55,717 nucleotides of DNA from positions 1 to 55,717 of the forward strand of contig JABLTG010000136.1 of assembly GCA_016618085.1 (NCBI GenBank). Reading direction: 5' to 3'. The DNA is from Neovahlkampfia damariscottae. Lineage: Eukaryota. The notes beneath the pieces were generated by a model. That model did no database searches, was not told where the DNA came from, and saw nothing but the letters and a program-made list of their open reading frames with translations. Position numbers and translations under genes: made by a program. Of the stretch, positions 1 through 10,623 are shown one piece after another; the stretch's first letter is position 1, and every line of letters starts with the position of its first letter.

Positions 1-475
1 GCATTTCATAAAAGTGTTTCCAAAGATCTTTGTGAAAATAATGATGAAATTTTGATTTCAAAATTTCCAGTCAAAGGAATGATTAAAAAATGGGAAAGAA
101 AAATTCATAGTACAACAGTGAGAAAAAATGCTTCATTGGTCTCATTTTCAATTTCGTCAAACACTAAAACACCTTGCTCAAAAAGATTCTGTTCAAGTAC
201 ATGAAGTTTCAGAACATTATACCAGTTGTACATGTGGATCATGTGGAAAAATAGATTGGAAACTTGGAAAAAAAGATTATTTCAATTGTAAATATTGTAA
301 TTTTTCTCTTCCAAGAGATTATAATGGAGCAAGAAATATATTTCTGATGAATATACAAAATTTTATTGGAAATCCAAAAACTGCCAGTACTGCTGGCGAC
401 GTTCCTATCCCGAAAGAAACCTTGATTTTAATGTCTGGTCTGATTAATCAGAATGAACGGAAAAGTCGGTTTTAA
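1..475 (+). pseudogene. Fanzor2 / IS607-type TnpB RNA-guided nuclease, C-terminal part (5' end outside the window), with a +1 frameshift at the A6 run 123-128
   Basis: Frame 1 reads AFHKSVSKDLCENNDEILISKFPVKGMIKKWERKIHSTTVRK and continues in frame 2 as MLHWSHFQFRQTLKH...EVSEHYTSCTCGSCG...FNCKYCNFSLPRDYNGARNIFLMN. This gives the TnpB/Fanzor zinc ribbon (CxxC...CxxC), RuvC-III RDxNGARNI, and the rearranged catalytic Glu in ExYTS. Confidence 0.9.
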
Positions 476-500
476 GATAGCGGTATAAATAGACCAGTTG
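375..500 (+). ncRNA. Putative Fanzor omegaRNA scaffold and right element end (end inferred near ...GATAGCGG 483, followed by the guide)
   Basis: Hairpin GCCAG 383-387/CTGGC 393-397. Long stem AAACC 417-421/GGTTT 468-472 plus GATTTT 424-429/AAAGTC 462-467 encloses the palindrome TCTGATTAATCAGA 439-452. CTATC 405-409 can pair with GATAG 476-480. The position overlapping the ORF 3' end matches TnpB/Fanzor omegaRNAs. Confidence 0.6.
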
Positions 501-534
501 ATTAATTTAAGTTTTCACTTCAATTAACAAACAA

Positions 535-1363
535 ATGCTTGAAAACTTGTTACTGGCAACAGATTTAATCAAAGACTTCTCCAAAAGTGCTGCAGGAGTA
601 GTTTTTGTTTTGATTTTTTTGTTTATTTGTGCTTCAACGACTACTATTAAAGAACTTATAAAGTCCTTCACGCAGAATTCAAAAAAGAGATATAGAAAAA
701 ACATGTTTTCAACTTCCAAAGAAATTTTGGCTTGAGATGTATTATTCATTTTGGTGGAGGAGCAAATGCATTACTTATGACACATGGAAGAAATTTCCTT
801 GTTGATCAAACCTATATTACCATAAAAGAAGGTTCTTTATTTGACAACTTTCCTGAAATTATGATGCAATTTTTTGCTTATTGGATTTTTTTCGATGTTT
901 ATTACTACTTCTTACATAGATACTTATTCCATAGCAAAGTAATTGAATATTTCATTTCTGATAGTTTTAGACATTTTGGTTCATCCACAGACCTCATCAT
1001 GAAAGTTACACTCCAAATCCATTATCAGGTTTCAGTTTTTCATTGATAGAATCAATTTTAACTGGAGAAGTTCCAGTTTTAAGTATCAATTTTTGATTTA
1101 CAAGTGAATTCTTTGATTCTGATTTATCTTTGGGGTTTTGTGAAAACTTTTATTGATCATTGTGGATATTTGTTATTTCCAGTTAGTTGGGAAAACCATT
1201 CAGTTTTTAAATGGTTCAGTTTGCTTCATGATTTTCAAAAAGTTCAACTAATTTTGGTGCTTACACATCTTTTATGGATTCATTTTTTGGAACATTAGAA
1301 GAAAAAGAAACCAAAAAACTTTATGAAAGAGTTAGAATTTCGACATCATCCAGAACATTTTAA
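535..1363 (+). pseudogene. Fatty acid hydroxylase / sterol desaturase superfamily gene, disrupted
   Basis: His boxes YYFLHRYLFH, IHRPHHESYTPNP (after the intron at ~939-970) and IDHCGY are present. The last box is degraded (HDFQ), and the pieces lie in different frames with stops that introns do not explain. Confidence 0.7.
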
Positions 1364-1601
1364 CAACCAATAAATATTTTAAGGTTTTTTAATTGGCCTT
1401 TTTTTTCGCCAAATGAATTATCTAATTAATACCTAACTGAATTTGTAATAAAATATAGATCTACATCTTCTCCTCTGGAGTTTTTCATTATTTTCTTCAT
1501 GATAAATTTGGAAATTTACTTTCTTTTATTTGGAAAAAACAAAACAAATAAGAAAAAAAAAGTTAAAAAAAAATTAGGTCAAAAATTAGTTTATTTTACA
1601 G

Positions 1602-2081
1602 TTATTCTTTATTTTCTATCGGTATTTCAAAATTCAGTACATCTTCATATCTATAATTTTTCATTAACAAAGTTGGACTTTCAGGCATTTCACTTGTTAT
1701 AGCCAATTTTCTTTGACACAAATTTGCTGATATTTCTTTCTTTGAAGGACTTGAAGGTGATGTTTTATCTGACAGTTTCTTTTTCAAAGGTGATTTCAAA
1801 GGTGACATAGATGTAATTAATTTTGTTAATGAATTTGAGTGTTTTAACACTTTCCTTGGAGGTATTAATACAGGTTCACTCATGATTCTTGCTCGAGTAC
1901 TCTCCTCGTTGCTCATGTTATATCGTGGTGAATCAAAATCTTCAAGGGTTTCAGTGAGAACTTCATCATCTTCCGACGACCTTGAGGCTATACTTTTACT
2001 AAGTGTCATTACATCATTTTTTTTATTTGGCATGACAATTGGTGAACTGTTCTTTCTGCTGTTATTTAGGTCTGAGTTCAT
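1602..2081 (-). CDS. Hypothetical Ser/Pro-rich protein
   Basis: Open ORF with many SP motifs; first ATG at 2081 within CCAATG. Confidence 0.55.
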   Translation of the reverse strand: MNSDLNNSRKNSSPIVMPNKKNDVMTLSKSIASRSSEDDEVLTETLEDFDSPRYNMSNEESTRARIMSEPVLIPPRKVLKHSNSLTKLITSMSPLKSPLKKKLSDKTSPSSPSKKEISANLCQRKLAITSEMPESPTLLMKNYRYEDVLNFEIPIENKE

Positions 2082-2337
2082 TGGTCTAGTAAACAACCAA
2101 TCAATTCTTCATGATTTATTGTTTTGGTACAATATAAAAAATTCTGGTTTTTTTCTAGAATAACTTGAGAAATGATGCAGTATTTTGTTTCCGTATTTGT
2201 TAAAATAAGTGACAAATCGGGGAAACTCAATACCCAATTTGAAATGAAAAGTTCCTCTTCGAAAATTATTTTATTTTCAGGCAAACAACTATAAAAGCAG
2301 AAAATATTATGAATCAATTTTTTCAATTGAACCAATC

Positions 2338-3281
2338 ATGAGAAATCAACAAAACTCTTGCTTCAGTAAACAAAACAAAACCAACACTGACCATGTTCAA
2401 CAGGTTGCAAGACATTAATAATATTCATATTCTCATGCTCTGTATTTACTACATTTGTCATAGGAACCACAATTTTAGCGTTATACTCGTATAAAGATAC
2501 ACTTTCAGAAAAAATGTCAAATTACTCACCATCCGTAATTTTAAAAAATATAAAAGAATCACCAGAAATAATGAATTTCTTCATTGAATTATTCAGAAAA
2601 ACCGCTTTTCAAAATGATAGACTTTGGTTAATAGATCCTTTGAATGCTACAAATTCAAAACAAATCATAGCAGATGTTAGTGAAGCAAAAGAATTTTCAT
2701 TTTTAATGAATTACTATATTCATAATAATAATGAAAAGTATGAAAAATATATTGTTGATATTGGTGGATTTGATGCAATTTCATTTTCAAATTCATATAA
2801 TTTTTTTCAAGTCGGTTTTTCAGGAGTTCTTGTGGAACCATTACCAGAAAATGTGAATAAAATATATGAAATATTGCAATATAGAATGAATATCAACAAA
2901 AATCAAAAATTGAGTGTTGTGAAAGGAGCTATCTCTCATAAAGAAGGATTTGATTTAATTAATGTTTATGATCATTTGACATCAAATTCAAGACTTGAGT
3001 CATTTCACAGAGCAAAAGAGTATAAAAAGAGAGTAAAAGTGAGAACAATGAGACTGGAAACAATGTTCAAAGTTCAAAAAGTACCTGAGAATTTTTTTTG
3101 TTTATCTGTTGACATAGAAGGAAAAGAAGACTTTATCATTAGTGAATTATTGAAAACGAAACATCGTCCTAAATTCATCATTATCGAAAAGAACAGAGAT
3201 TTCAGAATTCCGGGATATACTCATTTGTTTGATACAATGAAATTTATTTCTCAAAATAGAATCTATATTAAAAATGATTAA
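2338..3281 (+). CDS. FkbM-family SAM-dependent methyltransferase, type II membrane-anchored (intron 2366-2403)
   Basis: Motifs IVDIGGFD..SNS, GVLVEP, LSVDIEG and PKFIIIE. Splicing 2366-2403 adds an in-frame N-terminal TM helix. Confidence 0.8.
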
Positions 3282-3369
3282 TTTATTGAAACAGTTAATT
3301 CTTATTTTTGAGACTTATTCATCCAAATGAGTCGTTGTGAATGATTGGATGAAATAGATGTAAGTTTTT

Positions 3370-4048
3370 TTAAAGTAATTTGAATCCTTTTGTTATTTTA
3401 TTAATTTGAGATTCAAGAGCAGGACCTTTTTGATTTTTTTAATATTTTTTGAAGGATTACCTATTGCAAGCACTGTCATTGTATTTGGAGCCACAACCGT
3501 TTTTCCTGCATCCACAACTGTTTAATCATTTAGTTTTTCTTTTAATTTTCTTGCCTATATGAAAAGGTATATTCAATTCTTGTGCTAATTTTGATGAACT
3601 TTTTCTGTTTAAAATTTTAGTTTTGGAACTAATTGATTTACAAAGTCTCCAAGTCAGGAATTTTTACTGCAATTTTTTTTTGACCAATTCTGATCCATTC
3701 TTTAACATAATGTAAATGAATTTTATTTTTTTTTTTCTGAATGTCTCTATAAACACCTAAAACACCGTGACCACCTAAGAAATTAAAATCAAAAGAAAAA
3801 ATAAAGTTACATTGAGCTGCAATTTTACCAACCTCCATTTTTAAATCTTTTCTAACCAAAAGCATCATTTTTAGTGGTTCTGAAATTTTTTCAAGTTGTA
3901 CTTCTTGTGTTGAATTTTCCTCGATAATTTTTTTCTCATGTTCATCTGAATTACTCAAAACTTGGTTTAATATGGCACCAAACAAAGTACTAACAGCAAC
4001 AACACAACCTAACTGCAGATAAGTTTGAGGTAAAAAAAAAAACTTCAT
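3370..4048 (-). CDS. PTH2: Peptidyl-tRNA hydrolase 2 (4 introns, one of them GC-AG)
   Basis: KMMLLVRKDLKMEVGKIAAQC-GH, GQKKIAVK, VVDAGKTVVAPNTMTVLAIGP...KITKGFKLL; N-terminal TM anchor. Confidence 0.92.
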
Positions 4049-4130
4049 AAAAAATAAACAAACAGTTGATTGGTTACACTAATAAAGAAATTGATTGGTC
4101 GTTTGAGTTGGAGACGTTAATCTTTTAAAA

Positions 4131-5588
4131 ATGAACCCAAGCAAAAAGGATAAATTTCGTCCAAAGAATATAACTTTAGACCCTGTTGAAATGCAAACAA
4201 AAGAAGAAGAAGGTGGTGTGTAAGTTGAAACTCAATTTTTTTTTTGACTTCAAAAAGTTCACAAAGTGGAAAATTTATATTCAAAGATGATTTTAAAGTT
4301 GGAAGTGGTGGTATTTATAAAGAAGGATCTCGTAATACAAAAAAATGAAATTTTTAATTTTAATTTTTTTTTTCAACAGGTACTCCTGTATCAGATAAAA
4401 AAAGAAAATCACAAGAAAAGAATATAGTATCATTTGATTCTTTAGATGCAACTGGGACCAGTGATGATTTTCAAGATGGTGAAGTCATTTCATGGAATGA
4501 CATTCAAATAGTAAAAAAATTAGGACAAGGAGCATCTGGAAGTGTCAAAAAAATTAAAGATGGAAAATCAGGAAAAACATTTGCAATGAAGGTAAAAACA
4601 AAAAAAAAACAAAAAATCTGAACCATAGACTATTGCTATTGACAACAATGAAATGACACCAAAAACTGTACTCGCTGAATTTAAAAGTTTATATGATTGT
4701 GATTGTCCTGCTATTATAAAAATGTATGATGCTTTCTATAAAGATTCAAGTATTCATTTAATCATTGAATTCATGAATTGTGGAAGTTTAGAAGACGTCA
4801 GTAATAGTTATGGACCTATTGAAGAACCTGTACTCGCAAAAATGGCATATTGGGTAATTTATTGATCAATTAAATTCTTAACCTCTAAAGATGCTCAAAG
4901 GAATGGTAAATTAAAAAAAAAATTAAAACAACATTTCTTCATTAGGATTATCTACAAAGAGAAAAAGGTATTATACATAGAGATATCAAACCTGCCAATA
5001 TACTTATAAATTCTGATGGTCAAGTGAAAATTGCAGGTTTGTGAAATTTTAAATTTTTTAATTTCCTCAGATTTTGGAATGGCAGGAATGAATGACGGAT
5101 CAAAAGAGAACAAAGAAGTATGGGAAACATTTCAAGGAACTTTTACATACATGAGTCCAGAACGTATTAAAGGTCAAAAACATTCTTTTGATTCTGACAT
5201 TTGGGCAATTGGTTTAACCATTGTTACATGTGGTCTTGGTAAATTCCCATTTGAATTGAAAGAATTTACAATTTGGGAAATGATGAAATATATTGAAAAC
5301 AAAAAGTTAGTTGAAATGTTACCAAAAAATAATTTCTCCGATGAAATGATGGAGTTCATTTCTGCATGGTAACAAAAGTGATTCATTAATGTTTTTTTTA
5401 GTTTACAATTTTCACCTAAAGATAGACCTTTGGCTAAAGAATTATTAAAGTATGAATGGATTACAAAACACAAAAAATCCACACCTTCAGTTGGACGTTG
5501 GTTGTATGAAACTTATATTCCTTTAAAAAAGAAATTAAAAGAAGAAGAGGACAAAAAGAAAAAAGAAAAATTGGAAAAAAAAGAATAA
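4131..5588 (+). CDS. MAP kinase kinase (STE7/MEK family), multi-intron
   Basis: LGQGASGSV, FAMK, CDCPAIIKMYDAF, EFMNCGSL, IIHRDIKPANIL, DFG, GTFTYMSPERI, SDIWAIG and GKFPF after splicing tiny introns. Confidence 0.9.
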
Positions 5589-5727
5589 AAAAATTTACAC
5601 CTTTTTTTTTTTTTTGACAAAAGTACTTTCCAGAGAATTTCCATCTGAGAAATGACATCACTTTTGAAATGAAAAATATGGAAAGAATCAAAGATAGTTT
5701 TACAAATAATAATTTTTAATTTTTTTT

Positions 5728-5957
5728 TTAATCTTTTTCGACTTTCTGTTGACTTTGTAACTATTTTTTTCAATCATTTTTTTGAGTCTTACCAATAAAC
5801 AACTCCTAAAATCATACCATTCGTCCGTACATGAATTTTCAACTTTTTTTCCTTTTAAAAACTCTGTGTTATACCATTTTTTTGAGCAACTGATAAAAGT
5901 TTGTCTTAATTCTTCACATAGTTTTGGATAATCAATCTTCTCTTTTTCTTTTTCCAT
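5728..5957 (-). CDS. MDM35: Mdm35/TRIAP1-like twin CX9C mitochondrial intermembrane-space protein (intron 5761-5792)
   Basis: CEELRQTFISC..KWYNTEFLKGKKVENSCTDEWYDFRSC closely matches the Mdm35 pattern. Confidence 0.8.
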
Positions 5958-5999
5958 TATGAACTATGGTTGACCAATGATATTTTGGATAACTTCAAT

Positions 6000-7100
6000 T
6001 TATCTAAAAATGAATCTAACACTTGTATCTTTTTGTTGTTTCAACATAAATAATAATTTTGGTATTCTAAAGTTGATTTTCCACATTTGAAAACTACCTC
6101 CACCATCTATTGAACAAAAGAATTCATGTTGTATGTTTGCTAACCAATAGATTTCTCCTTGTGTTTGATTTGTTGACAATTCACAAACAATTTGAAAAGA
6201 AATTAAATCAGAAAGAATCATAATCTTTTGATTATATAATCCAACAGCAACATTACCATTTGTTAATATTAAAATTCCTCCAACAGGACTTCCAAAATTT
6301 TGTTTATGCTTAACTGTCCAATCCACACAATCTATAACTAAAAAATCACCACCATAAGAACCAATATACAAATAATGATATCTTGAATCGTACAATGATC
6401 TCATAGCATCTCCTTTGAACTCAGAATCAAAGGTTTTAATTTTTTTCATTTTATCAAATTCTCTAATATAAAACTTGTCATTTCCACCATGACCAATATA
6501 CTCATCATTTATATTTGTCATTGTAAATATCCAGGAATGATCAAAATTGGCCACTTCATAATGATCTATTTCTTTTTCGAGTAGTTCTTGAATTGACCAT
6601 TTTTTGATACCATCAGCTTCTTTTCCAGCTGTAACTAAGTAAGTATCACGAAATATAGTGCAACATCTTGTCCAGTGAGCATGAGGTTTAAAACTTAAAA
6701 GTAATTTATCGTCTTTCCAAATGTTCAAGTAATCTTTTCCAATAGTCAATAAACTTCCATCATATAATAGTTTTAAATTTGAAATTTTTGGAGAGTCATC
6801 AGGTTTTTCGTATTCTTTGATGCACTGAAAAGTGTATAAATCCCAAAATTGTATTATTCCTCGTTTTCCTGTTGTTGCAAATGTTCTTTCGTCAGTTTGT
6901 ATAACCGTAGCAAGTTCAGAGTCTTTAGTCTTTACAGACTTTATAAACTTATAATCATCTTGAGCACCTTCGTTGGTTTTTATTTGTACCATTGGAATTT
7001 CCAATATGTCGTCATCAGAATCTACTTTTATAGTTTCCATAGTTTCTTCTTCGGAATCATCCTTCACCACAACCACTTCTTTTTTCTTGCTTCTTTCCAT
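6000..7100 (-). CDS. WD40 repeat protein
   Basis: Repeated ATTG..G.IQFWD, H..WTRC, IKKWS and FQMWK motifs; acidic N-terminus; intronless 366 aa. Confidence 0.8.
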   Translation of the reverse strand: MERSKKKEVVVVKDDSEEETMETIKVDSDDDILEIPMVQIKTNEGAQDDYKFIKSVKTKDSELATVIQTDERTFATTGKRGIIQFWDLYTFQCIKEYEKPDDSPKISNLKLLYDGSLLTIGKDYLNIWKDDKLLLSFKPHAHWTRCCTIFRDTYLVTAGKEADGIKKWSIQELLEKEIDHYEVANFDHSWIFTMTNINDEYIGHGGNDKFYIREFDKMKKIKTFDSEFKGDAMRSLYDSRYHYLYIGSYGGDFLVIDCVDWTVKHKQNFGSPVGGILILTNGNVAVGLYNQKIMILSDLISFQIVCELSTNQTQGEIYWLANIQHEFFCSIDGGGSFQMWKINFRIPKLLFMLKQQKDTSVRFIFR

Positions 7101-7237
7101 TATGCTTTCTTTCTGTTATTGGATCGGAATATATTTGACCAATAAAAACCGAATAAAAAATCAAAATGAACCGTGACATTTTCTTTTGAATTTTAATTTC
7201 ACCCACATTTTTTTGGTACTTTAAATTTAATTTTTAT

Positions 7238-7656
7238 TTAAAATTTTGAACTTTTATAAACAGTTTGTGATCCATATGAGCTCAAACATCTTGGAGTAGC
7301 TCCAGGATTTCTTACATCAGCTATTTTACAATCACTTCTTCCAACATAAACTGCTGTATGTCCAGAACCTGAAGATGATTTCCATCCGATAATATCACTT
7401 GAAAAAAAATTGAATTTTAAAAAAAATACCCTGGAGAAGCTCTGTAGTTACCATTGGAACCAATTGCTCTTGGATTAGATCCCATTTGAGTGTTCGCATT
7501 TTCCCAACGAATTCCTAAGACTTTAGCAGTGAATTCTGAGCAGCCTTGTCTATAAACACCACCACGTTTTACTAATTCATATGCTTTTCCAGCTCTTCCA
7601 CTTTGAGCAATGCTGAGAATGAACAAAGTGGACAACAATACAATAATTATTTTCAT
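7238..7656 (-). CDS. Secreted NlpC/P60-like cysteine peptidase (intron 7398-7429)
   Basis: Signal peptide, GCSEFTAKV (catalytic Cys), then spliced PGDIIGW...GHTAVYVG (catalytic His). Confidence 0.75.
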
Positions 7657-7798
7657 CGGTTATGAAAATGATTGGACAATATCAACCAATAAATGCATTG
7701 ATACATTCTAAAACTCCATTCCAAAACGCATTTTGAAAGTTTTGACAAAAATAAACTAGATAATCATGAAAATAAGAAAAAGGGAAAAATATATAACT

Positions 7799-9010
7799 TT
7801 ATTTTGCTCCTCTTTTCTTGAGAAATTCAATTGTATCATTCACGAATTTTTTGTGTTTTTCTTTTTTCCAATTTTCTTGAATGAATTTCGTAATTGGTTC
7901 TTTGGAAATTCCAAAAGGAGAATTTATATCCCATCCCATGCTCAAAAATAAATCAACTTTCAATTCGAATTCAGTTGGATAAATTTTCCGACTTGTATCG
8001 AAATTCTTCATCACAATTTCATCCAAACTCATTATTTTTGAATAATCATATCCATTGTCAATGAACATTTTCAAAGTTGTATAATCAGTCACATACTTGT
8101 AAAATGGATTATGTTCAATTTCTTCGATTGAATCAAGTAAATCATATTTACATAACAATGGAATAAACTTTGTTTTGACATTTGAGGTAAGAGCAAATTC
8201 TGAGCAAAGATGTTGAATGCAGTTTCCACCTGGGTATTCAGGTAATTCAAGCCCATTTTTAAAATAGACTTCAAAGTTTGAAACTAAATTTGAAATAGTT
8301 TTGTGATGATTTCGACATTCATGAAATTTTTGAAATCTATGAAGAACAATACCTTGAATTGTAGTTGGATATATGAATTTAATAAACTGATCTAGAACTT
8401 CAGGAGAAGCATAAAGAAATAATGTAGTTGCATCTTCATATTTTATTGGCTCAACTTCAAATGAATTGATGATGAATTTTGTGATCTCTAAACTCACCGG
8501 TTTGGAAATGAATATTTCTTTGAAACCAAAGTTTTTTGGAATTTTTTCTTTCTTTGTAATTTCCAAAATTTCTTTCAACAATTCAAAATCATTCATCCAA
8601 ACTAAATAATGGAAAGGTGAAGTTTTTCTCGAATTTGACCAAAATAACTTCAAATTTGTCATTTTATATATTGTTTTGAAAAAATTCAAAACCTTTTCTC
8701 TGTGAAAACTGATTGGTGAAAATTCAGTTTTCAAAGTTGGTTTCATGAACTTTTGTTCACAACAAACACTCCAAAAATTTGAAAATTTGAAAAATGATAA
8801 AAAAAATAAATCTAAAAGCGAATCTTGGAATTTTGTCATTTTTCTTGTGAATGCAAAATCATCAAATGTTTTCAGTTCTTGAATAACTTTTTCCCAAAAT
8901 TTTTCTGGTTTATTCATGAATGAATTATCATAGAAATATGCTTGAAATTTATGGATTTTTAGTTTCTTCATATATCCTTGTAAAACTGACTTCCATTTCT
9001 CACCAGCCAA
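7799..9010 (-). CDS. Hypothetical helical, degenerate ankyrin-like protein
   Basis: 403 aa intronless ORF with ankyrin-like fragments (TSPFHYLV..NDFELLKEIL, LFLSMGWDIN, IEFLKKRGAK). The start is uncertain. Confidence 0.55.
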   Translation of the reverse strand: MAGEKWKSVLQGYMKKLKIHKFQAYFYDNSFMNKPEKFWEKVIQELKTFDDFAFTRKMTKFQDSLLDLFFLSFFKFSNFWSVCCEQKFMKPTLKTEFSPISFHREKVLNFFKTIYKMTNLKLFWSNSRKTSPFHYLVWMNDFELLKEILEITKKEKIPKNFGFKEIFISKPVSLEITKFIINSFEVEPIKYEDATTLFLYASPEVLDQFIKFIYPTTIQGIVLHRFQKFHECRNHHKTISNLVSNFEVYFKNGLELPEYPGGNCIQHLCSEFALTSNVKTKFIPLLCKYDLLDSIEEIEHNPFYKYVTDYTTLKMFIDNGYDYSKIMSLDEIVMKNFDTSRKIYPTEFELKVDLFLSMGWDINSPFGISKEPITKFIQENWKKEKHKKFVNDTIEFLKKRGAK

Positions 9011-9279
9011 TGTTTCTTTTTGTTTTTGAAAATTTTTTTGAATTGAAGAGACATAATTTTTGTGGTGGATTTTTTTTCTGTGACTTATTGATTCTATTTT
9101 TATTTTATAAATACTTTGCCAAAAAGTTCCGTTGTTTTGAATCTATGATAAATATTTTGTTTTTTTACAAGGTTAGCTTGTGAATTCAGCAACAATAAAT
9201 TCAACAAGTCTTTAGTGTTGTCTAAGTATTCAGAAATTGAAAAGTACCCGTCTGTTGATAGCATTTGTTGTAGAAATAT

Positions 9280-10560
9280 GATTGGTCAAAAAAGCAGAAT
9301 TTGTTCTGCTTAAAAAAACTGAACAAATTGATAAAAAAGATCTTCAACTAGATGATAAATTACATTCTTTAGATTGATCAAAAAACAGTGGAAGATTCTA
9401 CTGAGGGCAATTTACAATTGTTCAATTCCCAAGAACAAAACTCAATCTTGGGATTGAGTTCATTATCATTGGTTCAGAGAATTATAAAGGAGAAGATACT
9501 TTGAAATGAAACAAATCTGATAAACTATTTATAAAAGTGAAAACGGAATTTTTTCATTGGACAATGATATTTGAAGAGCAGAAGACGAGGTATCTGTTAT
9601 ACTTGACTTTTTGCCTGGTAAAACTTTGCACAGGTTGATAGTCATTCCTTTGTTTTCCGAAACAACTTACTTTTACTATCACACTTTCAAAAGACTTTCT
9701 TCCCAACGAATGAGTGCAATGGAAAAGGTGTTAAAATCCAACTCAACTTTTTCTCACAAAGATTCACTCAGAAATATTTCGGAACATCTAAAATCTATTT
9801 GGAAAAGAAATATGAAACCAGAAGAATCTCAGTTTTGGAAACAATCACTAATTGATTCGAACCAAAAAATGATAAACTTCAAATTTAAAATGCAAAAAGA
9901 AATATATGATTTGAAACACTGTACAAGTTTTAAAAATTGGGAAATTATGTTTGGAGTTTGAAAAAATTCGAAGTTTACAATATGAACAAAGTTTTTCATT
10001 TATCAAGAAGTATTTCCAATGATTCGGAAAAAAGGAATGTACCAATTGGAGTTGCTTATTGTTTGGATTTGGAATCTCAGAAAAATTGATCAATTCTTCT
10101 TCACTCAAGGATTTATCAAACATTGAATTTTTTCATTGAAAAAGGAAACCTTGAAATATGGCAAAATGAAATAATACAAACATTTGAGGTATTCGTGAAA
10201 GCATGTCATTATACAAAGAATTATCAACAAATCATTGATGAATTGATGAAAGTTCATAAAAAAGGAAAATTGTTTCATACATCACCTTTGAAGATATTGT
10301 TAACAAAGAAAGATGTATTTTTAGATTTTGTGGAATTATTTTACAAACCTGAAGAGGAATTGTTATATAACGTCAAAATTGATGTGTACTTATTGTTAGA
10401 CTTAGAGAAATGCAAGTTTTGAGGTGAATTGTCATTTGATTGAGAATTCAGAATTGGAGAATTTTATAAAGTGTTTAATAGAACTACAAGATTTTCAGTC
10501 GAAAGAGATGAGATAAAAATAAAATTAGAAAAGAAATACAAACTTCAAGAATTGTAGACG
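9280..10560 (+). pseudogene. Decayed coding region of unknown family
   Basis: Successive short ORFs with coding-like composition in shifting frames, and no convincing intron signals joining them. Confidence 0.35.
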
Positions 10561-10623
10561 AAAAACGAACTACAATTACTTAATATCAAAAGTTGGGACA
10601 ATAAGAAAATTGTTTTATATTGA

